From positions 1,426,001 to 1,490,000 of the forward strand of contig CATNEN010000033.1 of assembly GCA_950097015.1 (NCBI GenBank): a DNA stretch of 64,000 nt, in the 5' to 3' direction. The stretch's first letter is position 1. Each line of letters opens with the position of its first letter. The position numbers were made by a program, and so were the translations under genes. The notes below the pieces were generated by a model. The model worked only from the letters and a program-made list of their open reading frames with translations, was not told where the DNA came from and searched no databases. Source of the DNA: Macrostomum hystrix. Taxonomy: Eukaryota; Animalia; Platyhelminthes. Positions 1-12,700 of the stretch are shown in pieces.

Positions 1-57
1 CTAGCATTTGCATCCCCAAAACGCATTCTATTCCGCCCTTCAAACTAACTTGGCCAC

Positions 58-512
58 TTTCGCCTCCTTTCCACCCCTTTCCGCCCTCTTTCCACTCCTT
101 TCCGCCCTCCTTTCACTCCTTTCCGCCCTTTTTCCACTCCTTTCCGCCCTCTTTTCACCCCTTTCCGCCCTCTTTCCAATCTTTTCCGCCCTCTTTCCAC
201 TCCTTTCCGCCCTCCTTTCACTCCTTTCCGCCCTCTTTTCACCCCTTTCCGCCCTCTTTCCACTCCTTTCCGCCCTTTTTCCACTCCTTTCCGCCCTCTT
301 TCCACTCCTTTCCGCCCTCCTTTCACTCCTTTCCGCCCTCTTTTCACCCCTTTCCGCCCTCTTTCCACTCCTTTCCGCCCTCTTTTCACCCCTTTCCGCC
401 CTCTTTCCACTCCTTTCCGCCCTCTTTCCACCCCTTTCCGCCCTCTTTCCACTCCCTTCCGCCCTCTTTCCACTCCCTTCCGCCCTCTTTCCACTCCCTT
501 CCGCCCTCTTTT
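58..512. repeat. 21-bp pyrimidine-rich minisatellite (CCGCCCTCTTTCCACTCCTTT), ~21 copies
   Basis: Period of 21 read directly (units start at 81 and 102); explains the periodic ORFs 8..535 and 45..527. Confidence 0.95.
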
Positions 513-735
513 CAAAGACTTTGTCAATGGATTAAACGCAGCAAAAGACGTGTTAAGCTTGAGTGACCGATTGTCTATTTAGCATGATAACGTGCATTTA
601 AATTTCATGAATACTTCGTTGCGGGCGATACAGAGCTCTGATAATAAAAAATTAAAAAATGGAACAAAAATCAATAAGGCAGCAATGCAACACAAATCAT
701 TCTGGGCGAGTTGACAACTGTGCGTGGCAGGCAGT

Positions 736-3700
736 TCAGTTAGCGAATCTGTAATTTAAATGGAAGGATTATTTAAGTAATATTTAATAATTAATTACTT
801 AAGTGTCCGCAACTTAACTACCTGAACTGAGAGATTAGCTCGAAGTTGACTATTAAGTTGAAGTTCTGAAATCTGGTCAAGCAAACACCCTGAAATGTTG
901 ATGTAGCGCTGGCTAAATTGCTGCAGAATATACAGTATGGAACTAACAAGTAGTGACTTTATCTAACCTTATACAGGCAGGACAGTGTTGGACCAAGTTT
1001 GAAGCACCTTGCAATTGTGGACTGCCAGAATGACGCCATGGCGGTTTTTCCCGCAACCCGGGCTGTGATGACAAAACTGGGGAGCTGCTGAAAATTTGGT
1101 TTCCAGTTTTGTTCAGAAAATGTATTTTCGCAATTACGAAATCCGTAATGCACTACTGACAAAATACAAGTAGTAAAATGAAGTTTCTAGCGCTTTCATC
1201 CAGACTAGTAAAATTGGAAATTAGTAAAAAGCGATGAGTTTTTACGTTTATTTTATAGGATGAAAAAATACGCACCCCAAATGAGGACACGTTTCTTGAC
1301 TCTTGTGTGACAGCCTTCAGTACGCCCTCACAATCAGCCATCACCTGAATATTCAGATTCCTTGCTGTGTCCAGCATCGTCTGGATTTCATGGTCGTATT
1401 CGGCTGTTGTTTGGCTGCAATGCAACCGATTCATATTTTGTGCTTTGCGCATCATCAACGATACATTATTAGCAACCCACTACCCCTCCGAAGAATGAGA
1501 CTAGGCTAGCAATCCATTTTATCACTCCGTGAATGAGACTAGACTAGCAATCCATTTTATCACTCCGTGAATGAGACTAGACTAGCAATCCATTTTATCA
1601 CTCCGTGAATGAGACTAGACTAGCAATCCATTTTATCACTCCGTGAATGAGACTAGGCTAGCAATCCATTTTATCACTCCGTGAATGAGACTAGACTAGC
1701 AATCCATTTTATCACTCCGTGAATGAGACTAGACTAGCAATCCATTTTATCACTCCGTGAATGAGACTAGACTAGCAATCCATTTTATCACTCCGTGAAT
1801 GAGACTAGACTAGCAATCCATTTTATCACTCCGTGAATGAGACTAGACTAGCAATCCATTTTATCACTCCGTGAATGAGACTAGACTAGCAATCCATTTT
1901 ATCGCCGCATCAATGCATCACATCGGCCTCACATCAGCAGGCGGTTGCCTTCTCCAGCTGCAGGATGGACAAGATGTCGCTGGCTAAATTGCAGCTGCTG
2001 TTTGAGCATGTGCTCAGGATTCCTGTACACAAATGCCCTGCTGAGTACAGGCTTCAGGCAGTACCTACTGGGACCCATCAGGCTGGACAGCCATTGTGAC
2101 AGGTCCACCGCCTGAAACATGTGAGACAGGGGTTAGACAGACCCGATCGATAAATCAGTGCACAAATTCCCACGGGCTGTGTTCTCATCGAACCTCTTCG
2201 GGCCAGCGGGCCACCAGCTCGTCCTCCCAGACTTGCCGCTTGAAGGCCACGACTTTCAGCGGCACCGAGTTGGTCCGGTAGAGAAGCGACGCGTTCGGCG
2301 ATGTGTGACCGAATGACTGCCGGAGAATGGGGTTGGGATTTTGAGATATTCCGATGGTTTTTTTATGATTGCGGGATATTTTGGGATATTTCGGAAGAGC
2401 TGGTAAAAACGCAGCCCGAGAACGGTCAGCATGTCCTGCCTGGTCATTCCAAGCGCCGATGCAGAACAAGTTGCTGTCATGAGCGAACAGCGGCAGAGTC
2501 TGGTTGAAGAAATCGATCAGATCGGGGCTTGGATCCACACCGTCCTCCATCAGGATGAGGATACTGAGCAGTCTGCAATGAGTTTGACCTTTATTGTCTT
2601 CCATTTCGTGGATTTGAAATTCTTACTGTACAGTTCAGGCTCGGAAAGAACATATGGGGAAGACACGGGAAGAGAAAAATTCAAGGGTGCAAAACAGAAA
2701 TAAACAGAACAGAACTCAGTGCAATGGGTAGAACCTGAAGGGGTAGAGCCTGAATGGGGAGAAACTGAAGGGGAAGAACCTGAATGGGAAGAACCTGAAT
2801 GGGAAGAACCTAAATGGGAAGAACCTGAATGGGAAGAACCTGAAGGGGGAGAGCCTGAAGGGGGAGAGCCTGAAGGGGGAGAGCCTGAAGGGGGAGAGCC
2901 TGAAGGGAAAGAAACTGAAGGGGAAGAACCTGAATGGGAAGAACCTGAATGGGAAGAACCTGAATGGGAAGAACCTGAAGGGGAATGACAAGATGGGGAA
3001 GAAACAGAAGGGGAAGAAACAGAAGGGGAAGAAACAGAAGGGGAAGAAACAGAAGGGGGAGAAACAGAAAGGGGAGAAACAGAAGGGGGTGTTTCAGAAT
3101 GGGAATATACAGAAGGAGTAAAACCTGAATGGGAAGAAACAGAAGGGGTGGAAGAGAAGGGATAGAAACAGAATACGCGCGAGAGTACGCGCCTGGAATC
3201 GCCGCAGGGAATCGGCCACGCCGAGCCTGTAGAGGCCGGAGCTGCCGCCGTCTCCGTGCCGCAGGCTCCGCTGCGAGTGGCCGACCAGCAGCAGCTCGCA
3301 GATCAGCCGGGGCTCCTCGAAGTAGCCTCGAAGCATTGCTGCAGTCTGCGAGGCGTTCAGCCCGCGCAGTTGCAGCAGCGAAGTCAGGGTCCTTTGGGGG
3401 GGACACAATTTTTAGTCTTTGTTCTTCTTTAGCTCCTTATCCTACTATCCTCTCGTAGTATTTTTCTGCATAAAAATATTTTCATAGATTTTGTTGCCTA
3501 AATGTCTTCCTGTAATAATTGTTCACCATTATACACTCTTCTTGTAGTCTTTGTTCTCCATCCCATTATTTTATTTTTATTAGCTTTATATCCCACGACT
3601 TCATGGCAGTCTTTGTTCATTATCATACATTTCTATCTTAGTCTTTGTTCTCCATCCTACTGTCTTCTCAAACTTTTAGTTCCCCAACATATTCTCGTAG

Positions 3701-6700
3701 TCTTTGTTCTTAATTCCACTATCTTTGTGTAAGTTTCTGACAACTTAGTTGTGGATAACTTATTTTATCATTGTAGTTCTCTGTCCCACAATTTTCTCGG
3801 AGTCTTTGTTCTAAGTTAGCACCCGACAGCTCACCTGTACAGGTATTGTGGCCGGTTGGAGCTCAGAACTGTGATTGGCACAACGGCAGATGTAGAGGCG
3901 AACCACGGTAGCTGGAGCATGCACAAATTCAAGATATTACGCTACATATCGGCTAACAAGTGCTAGTTCAATGCTTAAGTATGCTCAGTAGTCGAGTATG
4001 GCTCACGGGCCTCTGGATGAAGCTGATGCGACTGGGCTGTCCGCAGCTGCACACGTTGCTGAAGCCGTCCACCTGGCGGCAGAACTGGCGCCGCCTGTTG
4101 GTCTCCTCGCCCGGTGGCCACAGCGGGCAGACTGGCTCTGCAAAGGTTGGGAAAACATATGTATTTTCGATACATATCGGCACCGAAGATAAAGGATGCG
4201 TAGGACTATTTTCAGCCTCTTTGTATCAGATCAAAAGACAACCCCCACCTTCCTCCAGAGTCAATTTTACAGAGGCCGCCAGTTTCAGAAGTCCTCCGCC
4301 GGCCAGTCGTTTCTCGCCTATCCGTCCCACTGAATTTGGAATTTCATGTTCAAATATTGCTACTTAGTTATTTATAAATAGGTAGTAAAGAAAATCTAAT
4401 TTTTTTACATTTAGAGAAGGAAATCAGAATCCATAAGTCAGTTGGCTGCAGAGAGTCGAACTCTCGACTGCCAAGCGAAGTAAATGCTCTTTTGTAACGG
4501 CCGGATGTACTTTTAGTTGCGCAGGCTGCGGGCTGCGGGCGATACGATTCCGAGCCACTTAGTTAAAAATTTTACTTTAAATCTATGCAAAGCGGGATTC
4601 AATTGATTAGCGCGCCAATTCGAAGGATCAGAAATTTTATTTTTTCAAATAAAGGCACAGAGATTTTAAAAATACTCGCAACATACTACTCGGGTGAGCA
4701 GCAGCAGTCGGCCTGCGGCAGCGGAGAGGGCGACGTCTCGGGCCATCTGCCAGCTGCCAGTCGCGTGGTGCCGCATCAGCGAGGCCTGAGTGGGGTGAGT
4801 GAGCTAAAAGTGCAATCACAGAAATTTTCCTGACTCAAAAAACAAACCAAAGAGAAAGTGCAAATCATAATTAAAAAAATAATAAATAATTGATTCCACC
4901 TGCCCCAATTGGGCCGGGTGTGTTGCCCACAGCACAGCCGCAGCTAATTGCGCGTCGCATCTGAAGGCTGCGTACGACTGTTCAGTCCATGGACTGGTAC
5001 CCTATGTAACAGCTGGGTGAACTGAAGCAATGCAGAGTTAAGTGTCACGCCAAAAGGACACAAAGGACACAGTGGAGTCGGGAATCGAACTCCCGACCTT
5101 CTGAGTCCGACGCTCAAACCACAATGCTAAAATCCCCCAACGATTATGAAGTGAATCACACTACTTACAGTAGCTTGGTTCACGATGAAGACGTGGTAGC
5201 CGGGAGCAGTGTCGTTGACGAGCTGGAAGGTTTTAGAATTCCGTTTAAAGAAATACAAGTCACTAATAAGAGATTAAATGCACAAATGAATTTCTTATCA
5301 CCACCTCCAGAAAATATAGCTCATCTGCCAAAACCTGACAAAATCCCCATTCGAATACTAGGAAGGATAACTCCCCATTTTTTTAAGAACCGAAAAGAAA
5401 TCCTAATCAAATCCTAACTTCCCATCCCAACCAGAGAGAAATCCAAATTTTACATGCCAACCAATAATAAATTACAATTTTCCATCCTAATCAGAAAGAA
5501 ATCCCAATTTTCCATCCCAACCAGAAAGCAATCCCAATTTTCCATCCCAACCAGAAAGAAATCCCAATTTTCCATCTCAACCAGAAAGAAATCCCAATCC
5601 AATTTTCCATCTCAACCAGAAAGAGATCCCAATTTTCCATCCCAACCAGAAAGAGATCCCAATTTTCCATCCCAACCAGAAAGCAATCCCAATTTTCCAT
5701 CCCAACCAGAAAGAGATCCCAATTTTCCATCCCAACCAGAAAGAGATCCCAATTTTCCATCCCAACCAGAAAGAGCTCCCAATTTTCCATCCCAACCAGA
5801 AAAAGATCCCAATTTTCCATCCCAACCAGAAAGAAATCCTTATTTTCTATCTGAACAAAGATAAATCCCAAGAAATCCCAACCCAGCACAGCTCCCACTC
5901 TGTCATCCAGCGGACGTAGTCAGCTCACCAGCACCCCGTCGATGGCCAGCGCAGTGTGGCTGTCGCTGCACCAGGCCTCCAGATCCACGGAGGGCCGCGC
6001 ACTGTCGCTGAATTGTGTCGCTGAGCCAGCCTGGCTGATGTGGCGGTGTAGGCCGACTCCACTCTCAATCTGGGTCTCTGCGGAACAATGCAATTGCTGC
6101 AATTTTGATTGCCTGCTTTGTTTAGAAAAACAACTGCATAAGCACAATAAGCTCGTACATCTGTACTCAACCTTGCAGTCTGAGCAGCTACTGAGCACAA
6201 AATTTGTCTCCGTTAAAATCCCCAGCGACCTCGGGATGTGTGGACTGTTCTTCCACACCTTCGCTACCTTCTAATCTTTCCTACTGTTTCTTTTCAATCT
6301 CTTCTGTCCTCCTCTTGCTATCTTCCCCTCCCTTCCTCTCTCCCCCTACCTATCCTCTCTTCGTCTCTCTCTCAGAGTCTCTGACCCATTGTAATTCAGT
6401 TGCTACAATTTTCTCTCTCTATTTCTATCGATTTTTTATCCTTTAAAGTTTCGTCATTCAAAACATAATATATTCACGGCCCAGTGCGCCAAATACATTT
6501 CGCCTTAACTTTCTGCCCTAATGAAGACTATAATACGAGTAGTATTCAGCAAATTTAAACTCAAACTCTGCGCTTATTCTCTGCCTCGTCAGTCCCTAGA
6601 TTGGAGGTACTCTCACTCTCTCTCCATCTCCTCTCTCCTTCTCTCCCTCTCTCCCCCTCTCTCTCCCTCTCTTTCTCCCTCCCTTTCTCCCTCTCCTCTC

Positions 6701-9700
6701 CACCTCTCTCCTCTCTCCCGCTCTCTCCCTCTCTCCCTCTCTCTCAGGCCAGCACCGGCGTCTCGTACGACCGAGTCAGTGTCACGGAGTTGAGTGAGTG
6801 TGGATTGAGTTGCGGGGCGCTGCCGAATCGATTACGATATGTTGAGATTGAAAGCTGGATTTGAACAAGCGCCTATAGCCTAATGGCTAGAGCGCTAGGC
6901 TAGACTCTACTGATGAGCTCCAATAAGAGCGAAACGCGTCTGGAGTGGCCTTGGTTCGAATCCTGATTTCAATTTTTTCGATACATATCGGAATCGATTC
7001 CAACATTAGATTTTTGAAATTCAATGGGCAGTGTCCTCTCTCCTCTCTCCCTCTCTCCCTCTCTCTTTCTCCATCTACGTCTCTCCATCTCCTTTCTCTC
7101 CCTCACTCTCCACTCTCCATCCTTCTTCCTCTCTCTCCCTCTCTTTGATTGCGGAGGTAGGCTTTCAGGGAGCATCCGGACATCCAGCGAACTGACGCTA
7201 GCCTACTCACCCTGCTCAAACTGGACCTGGAGCGCCGGTTCGAGGTCGAGGGCCAGTTCTTTCTGCAAGTGAAAGGCACCGCGATGGGGAAGTGGTTTGC
7301 GCCCAGTTACATGGGCTACTGGGAGCAGAGGGGCTTGGAGGCCAGTCCGACGAATCCCGCACTGTGGCTGCGCTACATTGACGACATTTTCGGGCATCTG
7401 GCGCGGAACTGTGGAGAGCTCATCCGATTTCTTGACGGTCTTGACCCTAACATCAAACTGCTACTGAACTGCAGTAGCTCAGCAGTCAACTTTCTGGACA
7501 CCACTGCCTTCTGGGACCGCGAGAATACGATGCGAGCATCAAGAAGCTGGGCACCAGAGTGTCCTTCAGGCCAACTGACAGTCGAACCCTCATTCACCGC
7601 GGCTCGTTCAAATGAGTGGTCCCAACTTGTTAGGTAGGCACGACGCTGCTCGCTGATGGCGGATTTTGATACAGCCTGCACAGAACTGCTGTCCAGCCTC
7701 AGCGCTACAACAGACGCTTCCTACGTGACAACTCTCTTTTTGTCTCTCTTTTCAGTCTCTCGCTGTCCCAGTGCTTTCCTAGAATCATTGTCAGAGCGGC
7801 ACGAATTTCTTTGTTCAGGCAAAAAACACGCACAGACGATTAACTTCAGCCGACGCCCAGCAGACGGTAGCATTCTCTTTATTTGATTATCGATTTCGCA
7901 GCGGCCTCACAAAGAACAGGCAGCAGAAACTCAAAGGGGCAAAAGAAGTCCCCTGGCCTCCCGGTTACACGAGAAAGAAACGATTTCTGGGCGAGCCTCG
8001 CCCTTCCCCGTGTGGGCAAACAATGTCAGTTGGAGCGGAAGCCAACGAGCTGGAGGGAATCCCGAAGCGGTTCAATCAAACTGTGAAGGATGACTGACAA
8101 CCGCCAAAGCTATGGGATGGGGAGGAACTGGAGTTTATACCTGTGCGTGATGACGCCTTGGCCTGACGCGCTAGCGAGCTTGTCCAGTTTGGATCAAAGC
8201 CGCGAGCTAGGAACCCCATCACACGCCCGAGGTAGGGCACAAGGGAAACTACTAATTACAATGTCCCCAGTCTCACAATCTCCCAAAGTTGATTGCCCAA
8301 ACTGTAAAACGCGAGCATCGGTTCATATTTAGCTAAGGACTAAACATATGGATCTTTTAATAAAAATTATTTTCACTTTGGTTGGAAAGCCTTTAGCTAT
8401 ACTCAGACAATTAATTTCCCAAGATTTTCCCCTGAGGGATAGACCAGTACGTGACTGAATCCATCATCCCAGTGAGTGGGATAACGAGCGAAAGCCTTTT
8501 GATAGCTGGCAGGGCACAAGACGTAGCTGGGATACTCAATTCCCAGTCTCTCCCTCTCATCCCAGTCTCTCCCTCTCATCCCAGTCTCTCCCTCTCATCC
8601 CAGTCTCTCCCTCTCATCCCAGTCTCTCCCTCTCATCCCAGTCTCTCCCTCTCATCCCAGTCTCTCCCTCTCATCCCAGTCTCTCCCTCTCATCCCAGTC
8701 TCTCCCTCTCATCCCAGTCTCTCCCTCTCATCCCAGTCTCTCCCTCTCATCCCAGTCTCTCCCTCTCATCCCAGTCTCTCCCTCTCATCCCAGTCTCTCC
8801 CTCTCATCCCAGTCTCTCCCTCTCATCCCAGTCTCACCCTCTCATCCCAGTCTCTCCCTCTCATCCCAGTCTCTCCCTCTCATCCCAGTCTCTCCCTCTC
8901 ATCCCAGTCTCTCCCTTTGCTTTCTCCCTTCCCTTCCGTTTTCATTTTCTATCTCCCTCGATGACTATCTGCCCATCTCAACTCTGGCTGAGCCCAGAAT
9001 TGAGTTCAGTTTTCAAAGCGCAAGCACAGCGAGTTTGAGTCTCATTAAAGCAGCTGGGACGAGACTTGCAAGTAGTTTTATGCACAAATTAGATTTACCT
9101 AGCCAAGCGCCGTCTCGGACCAGGCGAGCTTGTATGTACTCAAACTCGAGCGGATAGCAGGGTCCTGCTCAGATCGATATTTGCCAACCCGCCTCTGTCT
9201 AAATGCGCATTCTCTAAGCAAATTAATTGTCACATTACACGCCAGGGAAGTGAGCAATTTTACTTGCAAATTCCTCTCAGTAGAATTCGTGCTCGACCTC
9301 GAAGAGACGAAACGGTGGCTGGCAAAGCTGGCAGGCAATCAGGGCTAATTGAATTTGCCTCTCCAAGACTGGGTGGGAAGTGGCAGGCTCCTGACTTCCC
9401 GTGCCGGTGGATGGTGGGTCTCTGCTGGGAGCTCAAGAGCAATGGGTGACGGGTGTGATTGTGTGATTGTGTGCGAGTGACTGTGAGTGACTGTGAGTGA
9501 CTGTGAGTAACTGTGAGTGACTGTGAGTGACTGTGAGTAACTGTGAGTGACTGTGAGTGACTGTGAGTGACTTGAGTGACTTGAGTGACTGTGAGTGACT
9601 GTGAGTGACTGTGAGTGACTGTGAGTAACTGTGAGTGACTGTGAGTGACTGTGAGTGACTTGAGTGACTTGAGTGACTGTGAGTGACTGTGAGTGTGTGT

Positions 9701-12700
9701 GAGTGACTGTGAGTGACTTTGAGTGACTTTGAGTGACTGTGAGTGACTGTGAGTGACTGTGAGTGACTGTGAGTGACTGTGAGTGACTGTGAGTGACTGT
9801 GAGTGACTGTGAGTGACTGTGAGTGACTGTGAGTGACTGTGAGCGACTGTGAGTGACTGTGAGTGACTGTGAGTGACTGTGAGTGACTGTGAGTGACTGT
9901 GAGTGACTGTGAGTGACTGTGAGCGACTGTGAGTGACTGTGAGTGACTGTGAGTGACTGTGAGTGACTGTGAGTGACTGTGAGTGACTGTGAGTGACTGT
10001 GAGTGACTGTGAGTGACTGTGAGTGACTGTGAGTGACTGTGAGCGACTGTGAGTGACTGTGAGTGACTGTGAGTGACTGTGAGTGTGTGTGAGTGTGTGT
10101 GAGAGACTGTGAGCGACTGTGAGTGACTGTGAGTGACTGTGAGTGTGTGTGAGTGACTGTGAGTGACTGTGAGTGACTGTGAGTGTGTGTGAGTGACTGT
10201 GAGTGACTGTGAGTGACTGTGAGTGTGTGCGAGTGACTGTGAGTGACTGTGAGTGACTGTGAGTGTGTGCGAGTGACTGTGAGTGACTGTGAGTGACTGT
10301 GAGTGACTGTGAGTGTGTGTGAGAGACTGTGAGTGACTGTGAGTGACTGTGAGTGACTGTGAGTGTGTGTGAGTGACTGTGAGTGACTGTGAGTGACTGT
10401 GAGTGACTGTGAGTGTGTGTGAGTGACTGTGAGTGACTGTGAGTGACTGTAAGTGACTGTGAGTGACTGTGAGTGACTATGAGTGTGTGTGAGTGACTGT
10501 GAGTGACTGTGAGTGACTGTGAGTGTGTGTGAGTGACTGTGAGTGTGTGTGAGTGACTGTGAGTGTGTGTGAGAGACTGAAGGTGACTGAGTCTGTGTAC
10601 AGTTGACCCGTCTGCGGTTGAGCCTGGAAATAAGCTAAGCCCCAAGCCTAAGCCGGACAATGTCACTTGATCTCTGCTCTCCACAAGTCGGCAGAGGAGA
10701 ATCGAGAATTGGGCAATAGGACCAGACAATGACCCTGCTCTAAAATTGAAGGAATGCAAGTCGCTAAGCGAAGTGAAGTCGGAGGTAACCTGATATTATT
10801 GAGTCCAGCCTTCTAAGCATTGGTCGGTGGGCTAACAATGCTCGCCCCCACTGATCCCACTGATCCCACTGATCCCACTGATCCCCACCAGATCCGAGTG
10901 ACGTTGTCAACTGTCATCAATACTCGCTTCGCATGTCTTTGCCGTCCTGAGCTCTCTTTCTCTCTCCCCCTCTCATTCAGTGTGGCTAGCGCTCGATCCG
11001 CGAAGCAAATTGTCGATGTCCGCAGTCAAATTAGATAGTGGGTCAGCCTCCTTTGCGGGAGCTGCAGAGGACAGGCGGGCAGATTGGCGGGTTTGGTAGG
11101 TAGCACCGCAGCGGTCCTGAGAGACAGGACAGAGAGAGGCTGAGAAATACTTGCGGGGCCGATGTAAGAGGGTCCTTGAGTAGCCGCCCCGGAGGCCAGG
11201 AGGCGACAGCGGAGAGGAGAGCTAGGAAGAACAGGACAAATGAGGATCTGGGATGTTCTACATTGCATTGTGACCTGCTCTCTGGTGTAGCAGCTGATGC
11301 AGCTGAGCTGGTGGGTAGGGGACACTCATCACTTCTCCTGGGCTGAGTCCACAATTTCTCTTTTGATTTCAGGCTACTGTAGGAACTATGATTTGCGTTG
11401 GCCTAATGCATTCTGCATTAAGTCTTTCTCAATCAAATGAATGCTTATGGAAAACAATGATTTATATTATGGAAATACGCATGCCCAGCTTATCCTTTGA
11501 ATTGTCTGGCTTCACTTAACCTCATATCGAATCAACTTTTATTACCGTCTGAATCCATCTAATCTCACTCACTTAATATAGTTCATCACACATCCAATCT
11601 AGTTCATCACACATCTAATCTAGTTCATCACACATCCAATCTAGTTCATCACACATCTAATCTAGGTTATGACACATCCAATCTAGTTCATCACACATCT
11701 AATCTAGCTTATCACACATCCAATCTAGTTCATCACACATCTAATCTAGTTCATCACACATCCAATCTAGTTTATCACACATCCAATCTAGTTTATCACA
11801 CATCCAATCTAGTTCATCACACATCTAATCTAGTTCATCACACATCTAATCTAGTTCATCACACATCCAATCTAGTTCATCACACATCTAATCTAGGTTA
11901 TCACACATCCAATCTAGTTCATCACACATCCAATCTAGTTCATCACACATCCAATCTAGTTCATCACACATCCAATCTAGTTCATCACACATCTAATCTA
12001 GTTCATCACACATCTAATCTAGTTTATCACACATCTAATCTAGGTTATCACACATCCAATCTAGTTCATCACACATCTAATCTAGTTTATCACACATCCA
12101 ATCTAGTTCATCACACATCTAATCTAGTTTATCACACATCTAATCTAGGTTATCACACATCCAATCTAGTTCATCACACATCTAATCTAGTTTATCACAC
12201 ATCCAATCTAGTTCATCACACATCTAATCTAGTTTGTCACACATCCAATCTAGCTTATCACTCATTCACCCATCTATCCATCAAGATTATCATATCCTAG
12301 CGATGGATTTTCAAGTAGTCGATTAATCCATTTAAATGCCAATACTGTTTCTCATCCAATTCCACTCGTTTGAATCTAGTGCCTATCAAAATAGAATGAA
12401 AAACTAATGCTCTTCAATAGCAGCAGAATTTAGGGTCTTGAGTAGCCATATACGATGGTACGATGCGATTTACCAAGGGGATAAAAGCTGCTGTTGATGG
12501 GCTAGTGTTGTGCTACTGAATGCAAACACAAATTAGCACATTGGTCCCACAGCTTTGCATTATATATAGTGCTATACTATTTCATTATAGCTATATGCTG
12601 TGTGAGTATGCACCTTGGTCTCAAGCTGGGTGACTGTTTGCTCCCGGTTTGGCCTGAAGTGTTGACACAGTGCACTCAAATAGTCCACACCCAAATATAC

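Noticed and set aside
4441-4480. tRNA T-arm-like hairpin GAGAGTTCGACTCTC on the minus strand
   Set aside because: It lies inside a POMGNT1-like coding exon (SLGSREFDSLQ), with no A box or cloverleaf.
6869-6975. Functional tRNA gene
   Set aside because: A and B boxes are present, but there is no acceptor stem and the T stem is weak. The SINE heads at ~5070-5138, ~39920-39990 and ~60700-60770 were rejected as tRNA genes for the same reason.
7985-8050. Possible GIY-YIG remnant (GKQ..VG-like) downstream of the PLE RT
   Set aside because: It needs two frameshifts within 30 nt to resemble the motif, which is too weak to call.
9260-10759. 499-aa His/Ser/Thr-rich ORF and other periodic ORFs (8-535, 2716-2991, 5454-5898, 8451-9038, 14186-15175, 42447-42983, 43432-43816)
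   Set aside because: They are translations of tandem repeats lacking stops in some frames; most lie in introns of well-supported genes.
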